A DNA stretch of 64,000 bases, from positions 165,854 through 229,853 of the forward strand of contig JACKGQ010000001.1 in NCBI GenBank assembly GCA_020631905.1, read 5' to 3'. The stretch comes from Candidatus Nomurabacteria bacterium (lineage in GTDB: Bacteria; Patescibacteriota; Saccharimonadia; Saccharimonadales; VXPC01). Below are positions 50,578-56,835 of the stretch, piece after piece. Position 1 is the stretch's first letter, and the number at the start of each line of letters is the position of its first letter. Below the pieces are notes generated by a model that saw nothing but the letters and a program-made list of their open reading frames with translations, was not told the DNA's origin and ran no database searches. The translations under genes and the position numbers were made by a program.

Positions 50578-51714
50578 CTACTTTTTAGCGGGTTGAGGCG
50601 ATCCGCTAAGTCTTTGAGGAGCTTTAGCAGCTGTTTTGTCTTTGGTCAAAATAATAATCGTCACACCTACGGCGAGCAACACGGTGGCTATAATGGCACT
50701 TAAGACAATAATGTCTTTAAGCATTTCGTTAACAAACGGTAAGGCGATGTCTTGGACTTCGATGGCATCTTTACTGCTCACGGCACCAGTAAAAATCTTT
50801 GCCCCGAACAGCAAGATAATACCGCCCAGAATACTAATAATTGAGCTAGTAACAAGTCGCCAGCCCAGCTTGCGCGTGCCTTTTTTGCGGCTATCTGCCA
50901 AGAATATTGCCAGGACGGCCCCAACAAACGATATTATTAACCCCAACCAAAACACTTTCTTAGCCTGCTGGTAGTAGCTTGGTATCTTAGAGAAAGTCGG
51001 GTGTTTATAAAACACGACCTCACGGGCTTTTTTGGCGGCAGCCTCGGTTGGGTTAGTTTTTTCATCGCTAGAGTTAAACGAGAAGAAACTGGCTTGTTTA
51101 TCAATCTTTAGGTCGTCTTGAGTGAAAGTTGTTTTCTCGAAAACGCCACCCTCACCCAATAGGTCGTCGTTGAGATTCTGCTTAATTTCATCAGTCGGTA
51201 GAGCATCGGCCTTGCAGATTGCTTCGATTGGATTTTGCTGGCTCTGTTGACGGGCCGAAGCGGTGTTGCATTCTGGCAAAGCATTGTAGCTGACTTCGAC
51301 CTGGTCAACCATTGAGTCGATGAACGCAGAAACCTCGTTTGAATAATCGATGGTGAAGCTCGGTTGCTCGGCACTACCCTCTAGCCAAGCATAAATTCCA
51401 TCGAGCACCGACTCGACCCACGTTTGGGCACTTTTAGCGGTAAAAGCTTTGAGTACGGCTGTTTTAAGCTGCTCATTGTTGACTAAACTTTTGTGTTGTT
51501 CCTGATTGTCTTTGGGTTGCTCATCATCGAGTTTTATTTGCTTGCTGGCTACATCGAGAAAATTCTGATATGTATTTGAGTCTGCTAGCCAACTCTTAAG
51601 TACATCGACCCTGCCAAACGTCTGGTTGACGATAAAACTAAAGGTGAAAATGCTTAACCCCAGGCTGAATAACAGTAGTGACAACCACAGACCAAGTTTT
51701 TTCAGAAAATGCAT
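50578..51714 (-). CDS. Hypothetical membrane protein (N-terminal TM, large extracytoplasmic domain, C-terminal TM cluster)
   Basis: 378-aa intact ORF. Hydrophobic segments at both ends. No recognised motifs. Confidence 0.6.
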   Translation of the reverse strand: MHFLKKLGLWLSLLLFSLGLSIFTFSFIVNQTFGRVDVLKSWLADSNTYQNFLDVASKQIKLDDEQPKDNQEQHKSLVNNEQLKTAVLKAFTAKSAQTWVESVLDGIYAWLEGSAEQPSFTIDYSNEVSAFIDSMVDQVEVSYNALPECNTASARQQSQQNPIEAICKADALPTDEIKQNLNDDLLGEGGVFEKTTFTQDDLKIDKQASFFSFNSSDEKTNPTEAAAKKAREVVFYKHPTFSKIPSYYQQAKKVFWLGLIISFVGAVLAIFLADSRKKGTRKLGWRLVTSSIISILGGIILLFGAKIFTGAVSSKDAIEVQDIALPFVNEMLKDIIVLSAIIATVLLAVGVTIIILTKDKTAAKAPQRLSGSPQPAKK

Positions 51715-51761
51715 AAGTTAATAATAGCAAACAACTAGCCTTATCGTGCTAGAATAATTGA

Positions 51762-52619
51762 ATGGAAGAAGGTGGGAGCAAGGCACTCGGTAGGGCTATT
51801 GGTGATGCCAGGAGGGCGCGTGGCATGACCCAGCAAGATTTGTGTGCAGCTGCCGATTTGTCTTATTCGACTCTCGCCAAGATCGAACGGGGTGCGATTA
51901 GAACGCCAAGTGTGTTTACAGTCGCGGCTATAGCTGAGGCCACCGGCACATCGGTCGAGGCGCTGCTAGGTGGCAAACAACTGGCTCAACTTTCAGATGA
52001 ACGTAGCTATAAGGTATCGAAGTCTGGCATACAGTTTGTCTATTTCGATATTAATGGCGTAATGGTTAACTTCTATCATCAAGCATTTTCGAAAATCGCT
52101 ATTCAAACTGGAGCCAGCCCAGAACAAGTCGAGTCAATCTCGTGGCGCTTTAACGATCAAGTTTGCCGTGGCGAAATGTCCGTCGAGCAGTTTAATCAAG
52201 AATTAGCTAAAGCTCTGGGCGTAAGCCAGATCGACTGGCAACATTTTTATATGAGCACCGTTCAACCTATCGAAGAAGCCCAAGCATGTTTTGAATGGGC
52301 TAAGGAGCATTACCAAGTGGGTTTGCTGAGCAATATTTTCCCAGGTTTTATAGAAGACATGCAAACCCGTGGAATACTGCCTAAACTCGACAATGTGACT
52401 GTGGTCGACTCGTCGCGCGTAGGAGTTATAAAGCCCGAAATTAAAATTTACGATATCGCCACCAACCGAGCTGGCGTGCCACCCGAGTCGATATTATTTA
52501 TCGATGATTCACGCACCAATCTTATTGCCGCCGAACGCTTTGGTTGGCGAGGTTTGTGGTTCGATGACTTTCGGCCAGCCGAATCGGCCAATCGAATCCG
52601 AACTGCTCTAGAGTTTTAG
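51762..52619 (+). CDS. XRE-family HTH domain fused to HAD-superfamily (subfamily IA-like) hydrolase
   Basis: RARGMTQQDLCAAADLSYSTLAKIERG (HTH_XRE), then FVYFDINGVM (HAD motif I DxN variant), LLSN (motif II) and KPEIKIY...ILFIDDSRTN (motifs III/IV). Confidence 0.75.
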   Translation: MEEGGSKALGRAIGDARRARGMTQQDLCAAADLSYSTLAKIERGAIRTPSVFTVAAIAEATGTSVEALLGGKQLAQLSDERSYKVSKSGIQFVYFDINGVMVNFYHQAFSKIAIQTGASPEQVESISWRFNDQVCRGEMSVEQFNQELAKALGVSQIDWQHFYMSTVQPIEEAQACFEWAKEHYQVGLLSNIFPGFIEDMQTRGILPKLDNVTVVDSSRVGVIKPEIKIYDIATNRAGVPPESILFIDDSRTNLIAAERFGWRGLWFDDFRPAESANRIRTALEF

Positions 52620-52665
52620 AAATCTTTACTAATATTTTCAAGAAAGCAAAGCTTTCCATCTCACT

Positions 52666-52857
52666 CTTCTATTTTTGAAGAGACCAAAAACAGAAGCAAA
52701 AAAAGTCTTCCCAGCCACCCAAACATCCAGACTATCAAGCTTACAGCTCTTAAATCTGGTAACTTGCGGAACTTGCTGGCAAAGCCAGCTGCATACAGTC
52801 CTCGTTACCATACTTAAGAACTACAAGCTTGCTAATCTCGAGTTTGGGTGATGCTGG
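52666..52857. repeat. L element copy A: about 190-nt rod-like structured repeat (candidate ncRNA or ssDNA structure)
   Basis: Helices P1 CTTCTATTTTTG/CAAAAACAGAAG, P2 CCAGC-CACCCAAAC/GTTTGGGTG-AT-GCTGG, P2b CTTAA/TTAAG, P3 GGTAAC/GTTACC, P4 GCTGGC-AAA-GCCAGC. Conserved loops GCGGAACT, ATACAGTCCTCG and TTGCTAATC. Begins just after the stop of the HAD gene. Confidence 0.75.
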
Positions 52858-52915
52858 ATATACAAGACCGACAGACATCTAATATCCGAGTTCTAAGATC
52901 TATCTCCTATCAATA

Positions 52916-52975
52916 AACGAGAAAACCCCGAGCCCTGCGAGAGGAACTCGGGGTTCCTCGATCGAGGGGACGGGG
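52916..52975 (-). terminator. T element copy 1: conserved 60-nt GC-rich hairpin plus U-tract
   Basis: Reverse strand, directly after the TAG of ORF 52976-53272: CCCCGTCCCCTCGATCGAGGAACCCCGAGTTCCTCTCGCAGGGCTCGGGGTTTTCTCGTT. 60/60 identical to copies at 54724 and 55399. Confidence 0.8.
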
Positions 52976-53272
52976 CTAGTTGACAGCGTTGACGCCGTCG
53001 TCTGTCTGCGTGAAGCGATCTTCGGGACTGGCATCAGGAGCTTCCGCACGCGCCCGGGCTGCCGCAATCGCCATCTCGCCCGCACGGTTAAGTACAAGGT
53101 CGCAGAAAGCCATCACGATCTGGGCCAGGAACACGTCTTCGAGCTCGGTACCACCACTGACTGCCACTACCAGGTATGTGACCGGATCGTAGATCCCGCC
53201 GCGCCACGGATAGTAGCCATCGGCTACATTGAACATCATCGGGTAGCTCGCAAGCGCAGTGGAGCTATCCAT
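52976..53272 (-). CDS. GC-rich orphan protein (98 aa, acidic, soluble), cargo a
   Basis: Intact ORF with visibly higher G+C than its flanks. The stop abuts T copy 1. GGAAG RBS and an ATAATGTA -10-like box upstream. No recognised domain. Confidence 0.6.
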   Translation of the reverse strand: MDSSTALASYPMMFNVADGYYPWRGGIYDPVTYLVVAVSGGTELEDVFLAQIVMAFCDLVLNRAGEMAIAAARARAEAPDASPEDRFTQTDDGVNAVN

Positions 53273-53387
53273 TCGAGCTTCCGCTTATATAACATCTGCA
53301 TATATAGCACAATAGGATGGCTACATTATGCCGATTTTTGAGCCTAGATGTATAAAAATAAGCATTTTTGTGTTACTATCTGGCTAG

Positions 53388-54497
53388 ATGATAAATCGTC
53401 AAATCACCGACTCTATTCGGCAACGTTTAAATAAAGGTAAGGTAATTATCTTGGTCGGGGCGCGTCAGGTTGGCAAGACCACCCTGACCAACCAACTAAT
53501 CGCCGACTACCCCGCCGAACAGGTCTTCAGCATAACTGGCGATGACTTCGAAACTCAGCGTTTAACCAAAATGCCTGCCAGCGAGATTGAGGCTCTGATC
53601 GAGCCCTACACCTGTATCTTGCTTGACGAAGCTCATAAGGTTAACCGAATTGGCGATATTGTCAAAGCCCTAGTCGACAAATATGGCGACCAAAAACAGA
53701 TAATTCTAACTGGCAGTTCGACAATTGGTTTGGTCGACAAAACCAGTGAGCCACTGACTGGCCGCAAACGAGTTTTTGAGTTATATCCGCTCAGTACCAA
53801 CGAACTCGAGTTGTATGGTGAGGCTCTGCGTAGTCGTTTACCCGAGTTACTGACTTATGGTCTCTACCCAGAGGTGGTTAATGCATGCGATGAGATTGAT
53901 AAACGTGATGCAATCCTCGAACTGGCACGCAGCAGCCTCTACCGCGATGTGCTCGATGTAACCGGTGCTCGGGCTAGCGGCGACTTGGTTGCGCTGCTTC
54001 GCTTTCTTGCTCAGAGTATCGGCGAAACATTGTCGATCAACGAAATCAGTCTCAAGTTGAGTATTGATAGGCGGACGATCGATCGTTATATCGACCTGCT
54101 CGCCAAAAGTTTTATAGTTTTCCCACTTATGCCCTATTCGCGCAGCGACAGCAGCCTACGGCGGTCTTACAAGGTCTATTTTTGGGATGTGGGTGTACGT
54201 AACGCCATTTTGGAAGATTTTACTCCGCTCGAAGAGCGCAGCGACACCCAGGCTCTGTTCCAAAACTTTGTGATTGCCGAGCGCATGAAAAATGCTCATT
54301 ACCGGGGCGATCTAACTCATTATCACTTCTGGCGCAGTTACGACGGTGCCGAGGTCGATTTGGTCGAGATTCGCAACCAAGCAGTGCATGGCTTAAAGCT
54401 TAGCTACGACGGCCGCTATATGCGTGAGAGTAAGTTGTTTGATAAGCTCGAGCCAACCAGTTATAACGAAGTTACTCCAGACAATTTACAATTTTAA
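53388..54497 (+). CDS. AAA+ ATPase with C-terminal DUF4143-like domain
   Basis: 369 aa. Walker A GARQVGKTTL and Walker B ILLDEAHKV. The overall layout matches the widespread stand-alone ATPase family of this type. Confidence 0.7.
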   Translation: MINRQITDSIRQRLNKGKVIILVGARQVGKTTLTNQLIADYPAEQVFSITGDDFETQRLTKMPASEIEALIEPYTCILLDEAHKVNRIGDIVKALVDKYGDQKQIILTGSSTIGLVDKTSEPLTGRKRVFELYPLSTNELELYGEALRSRLPELLTYGLYPEVVNACDEIDKRDAILELARSSLYRDVLDVTGARASGDLVALLRFLAQSIGETLSINEISLKLSIDRRTIDRYIDLLAKSFIVFPLMPYSRSDSSLRRSYKVYFWDVGVRNAILEDFTPLEERSDTQALFQNFVIAERMKNAHYRGDLTHYHFWRSYDGAEVDLVEIRNQAVHGLKLSYDGRYMRESKLFDKLEPTSYNEVTPDNLQF

Positions 54498-54527
54498 TAG
54501 TTTCTAAAGCAAAGCTTTAGTTTTCAT

Positions 54528-54703
54528 TCTTACTTTTGGCGGGCAAAAGTAAGACAAAACCTCTCGGGTAATACCAAAAACATAACTAGCAAAAGCACTA
54601 GCAGTTAACCTGTTGTCTTGCGGAACTTGCTGGTATGCTGCCAGCTGCAAACAGTCCTCGACAACATGCTAGCTACTACCACTTTTGCTAATCAGTTTTT
54701 GTC
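54528..54703. repeat. L element copy B (most divergent)
   Basis: P1 TCTTACTTTTG/CAAAAGTAAGA, P2 GACAAAAC/GTTTTTGTC, P2b CTAGCA/TGCTAG, P3 GTTGTC/GACAAC, P4 GCTGG-TATGCTG-CCAGC. The same conserved loops are present: TTGCGGAACTT, TGCAAACAGTCCTC, TTGCTAATC. Confidence 0.75.
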
Positions 54704-54723
54704 AGACCCGATCATTATTTAGA

Positions 54724-54783
54724 AACGAGAAAACCCCGAGCCCTGCGAGAGGAACTCGGGGTTCCTCGATCGAGGGGACGGGG
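54724..54783 (-). terminator. T element copy 2
   Basis: Identical 60 nt, directly after the TAA of ORF 54784-55206. Confidence 0.8.
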
Positions 54784-55206
54784 TTAGTTGGGGTGTCGGC
54801 GGACATACACCCCCAGTGCAAGCACAAGTAGGAACACCAGCCAGCAGATACCGACGATGCCGAAGGCGATCTCGCGGGCGTCTTGGCTCGGCCAGTATTC
54901 GGTCGGCCAGGCAAGCCTTGAGACCCAGAGTGAGCCAGCGGTTCCCCACAGCGATAGCCACACCCCCAGCCAGAGCTTCTCTTGCGGGCTAATCACCACG
55001 ATCAGCCCCAGCAGGGCCATGCCGGCAGGCATGACGCTCGCCAAAATGATCATCCATTCGGGAGTACCTGCAATGTGCTTGGCGATGACAATACCCCCGA
55101 CCAAGTTGGCTGCGACAATCATCAGACCGCACAGACCAACCAGGAACCACCAATTACGCCTGGTGCTGGCGGTAGTCGACGGACGTGGACTGCTGAATGC
55201 GTGCAT
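54784..55206 (-). CDS. GC-rich orphan membrane protein (about 140 aa, 4 predicted TM helices), cargo b
   Basis: Start moved to MHAFSSPRPSTTAS... (purine-rich GAGAGAAGGTG upstream). Helices WWFLVGLCGLMIVAANLVGGIVIA, MIILASVMPAGMALLGLIVVI, LWLGVWLSLWGTAGSLWV and IAFGIVGICWLVFLLVLALGVYV. Confidence 0.6.
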   Translation of the reverse strand: MHAFSSPRPSTTASTRRNWWFLVGLCGLMIVAANLVGGIVIAKHIAGTPEWMIILASVMPAGMALLGLIVVISPQEKLWLGVWLSLWGTAGSLWVSRLAWPTEYWPSQDAREIAFGIVGICWLVFLLVLALGVYVRRHPN

Positions 55207-55293
55207 CACACACCTTCTCTCACCGTTGTGCCGAACCGCCTGTTGCGATTCTCTGTTAACACAGCTCTTGCGAGATACCAGCTGTATGCCCAT

Positions 55294-55398
55294 CTACCTC
55301 TAGTAGCTCACAAGAGTACATTATCATAACATAATTACAAAATATGTCTACCCCCTCAGTCTATTATCTATGTCCGCGGTAGGACCAAGGGTGTATAT
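55294..55398 (-). promoter_or_regulatory. AT-rich promoter-like spacer of cargo b, related to the spacer upstream of cargo f
   Basis: Reverse strand GACATATTTTGTAATTATGTTATGATAATGTACTCTTGTGAGCTACTAG, versus 62774-62703 GACATATTCTTAAGATAATGATATAATAATGCGAGTTCGAGTGAGCTAGTTC. Shared parts are GACATATT, an ATAATG -10-like box and GTGAGCTA. Confidence 0.45.
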
Positions 55399-55458
55399 AA
55401 CGAGAAAACCCCGAGCCCTGCGAGAGGAACTCGGGGTTCCTCGATCGAGGGGACGGGG
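55399..55458 (-). terminator. T element copy 3
   Basis: Identical 60 nt, directly after the TAA of ORF 55459-55932. Confidence 0.8.
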
Positions 55459-55932
55459 TTAATCACTTTTGGGTGGGGTGAAGGCTCGACTCAGCGCATA
55501 GCCACCAATGGCAATTTCCGTACGCGAAACCTCACGGATTCCCCAGCGAGTCACCTTGCCAAGCGGGTCGATTTCGCTACCCCGCCAGTTGACCAGCCGA
55601 ACTTCCACCGAAATGCGCAGTGGTTTGGATGGCGGTTCAACCTTGTTCATGATACGTGCCAGCGCTTCGAGTTTTCGGGCGATCTGATCTGCGTAGTTGG
55701 CGTAGATGTCGTGACCCAACTCGAGCACCACCCAGACATCGGGCATACCCGAAGCGCGGACCACTTCTGCCATCACAACGCCGACTTCATACTGCCTCAA
55801 CGCTGGAATACCCTCGATGCCAGCCGTTGCATCGGCGACCAAGGCTGCGCCCCGATCAAACAGGTTGTTGGCTAGTCCTGCGACATTACCAATTGCCCAA
55901 CGCTCATAGCTGATTGTCAAACAAACGGGCAT
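55459..55932 (-). CDS. GC-rich orphan protein (157 aa, soluble), cargo c
   Basis: Start moved to MPVCLTISYERW... The track ORF has an AT-rich N-terminal extension to 56013. No recognised domain. Confidence 0.55.
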   Translation of the reverse strand: MPVCLTISYERWAIGNVAGLANNLFDRGAALVADATAGIEGIPALRQYEVGVVMAEVVRASGMPDVWVVLELGHDIYANYADQIARKLEALARIMNKVEPPSKPLRISVEVRLVNWRGSEIDPLGKVTRWGIREVSRTEIAIGGYALSRAFTPPKSD

Positions 55933-56222
55933 AACCCTGCCCTTTCGGGTCGCTGGGCATTGCCCAGATCCCCCACCTTGAGGGATGGTTTTTATTATAT
56001 AATAAACACTCAAATTATCAAGACTGGTTTTAGGGGGAGCGGCTAGAGACCGCTCGACCCCATCTGAAAAGTATTTACGGGAGTGGCAAAAGGCCTGCTC
56101 GAGTTAATTTCTCTAGCAGGGTGATGAAAGTCTACTAGGCTAGCCATGTTACGGCGCCCGTTCATCACTATCTTGAAAGCGGTGGATCGCACGTATCAAG
56201 ATACCTTGCCCGGCTTATGCCC

Positions 56223-56471
56223 TCAGGCAGCTGCTGGTTGAGCAGTTTGACTGCGGACGATGTGCAGCGAGTAGCCCTTGCGGCCAGCGCTCACTACAAC
56301 ACCCAGCGACTCGAGTGCGGCGTAAGCAGCTCCGTGCCCCCAGCCCATGGCTCTCGCCAATGCTTCGATAGCGCTGTCGAAAGATGTGAACTGCTTGGTG
56401 CTTCGGATGAACTTGAGGGCTTCACGGCGCTTGGAGGCGCTGATTTGCCCAATTTTTTCTGTTCTGGCCAC
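56223..56471 (-). CDS. GC-rich small protein (82 aa), possible winged-helix DNA-binding protein, cargo d
   Basis: GGGGAGG RBS 5 nt before GTG 56471. The sequence ARTEKIGQISASKRREALKFIRSTKQFTSFDSAIEALARAMGW... is helix-rich and basic. The fold assignment is a guess. Confidence 0.45.
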   Translation of the reverse strand: MARTEKIGQISASKRREALKFIRSTKQFTSFDSAIEALARAMGWGHGAAYAALESLGVVVSAGRKGYSLHIVRSQTAQPAAA

Positions 56472-56770
56472 CGGTAGCCTCCCCTGGTTGCTCTTCTTCT
56501 GTGTTCCTGGATGAAACACAGAACTAAGCAACCGACTAAACTTAGAGTGTCAAGATTGATATATCCAGGTTGTAAAAATACGAAAAAACCGGCTTTCGGT
56601 GTTTAAGCGAATGTGCCGGTTTATTTACAGATCTTTTTCTAAACTAACAACACACTTCGCTTAAGCGAGAATCACGAGGCTGAGGCCGAGTGTTCGTGTT
56701 GTCATTGCTAATTAAGATACCTCTAAGTTTTTTTCGTGTCAACTCGGCTATGCAAAGTCAATAAATGTTG

Positions 56771-56798
56771 AAGCCCCGGGGACGAATCCCCGGGGCTT
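56771..56798 (-). terminator. Intrinsic terminator of the TPM-domain gene
   Basis: AAGCCCCGGGG-ATTCGT-CCCCGGGGCTT (reverse strand) followed by CAACATTTATT. Unrelated in sequence to the T element. Confidence 0.7.
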
Positions 56799-56835
56799 GT
56801 AACGGCATATCTAGGTGACCGTCGCACCTTGCTTC

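Noticed and set aside
52666-52975. L and T as integron attC sites (cassette logic; closing helix ends in ...AAC / GTT...)
   Set aside because: The helix ends do not fit RYYYAAC/GTTRRRY beyond the AAC/GTT triplets. L is longer than typical attC sites. The cassettes are dispersed rather than arrayed, carry their own promoters, and no IntI-type integrase or attI is in the window. It is kept only as a loose analogy in the findings.
54788-55329. 171-aa and 115-aa plus-strand ORFs opposite cargo b
   Set aside because: They are antisense shadows in GC-rich DNA. The reverse-strand frame gives four clean TM helices and abuts the T element.
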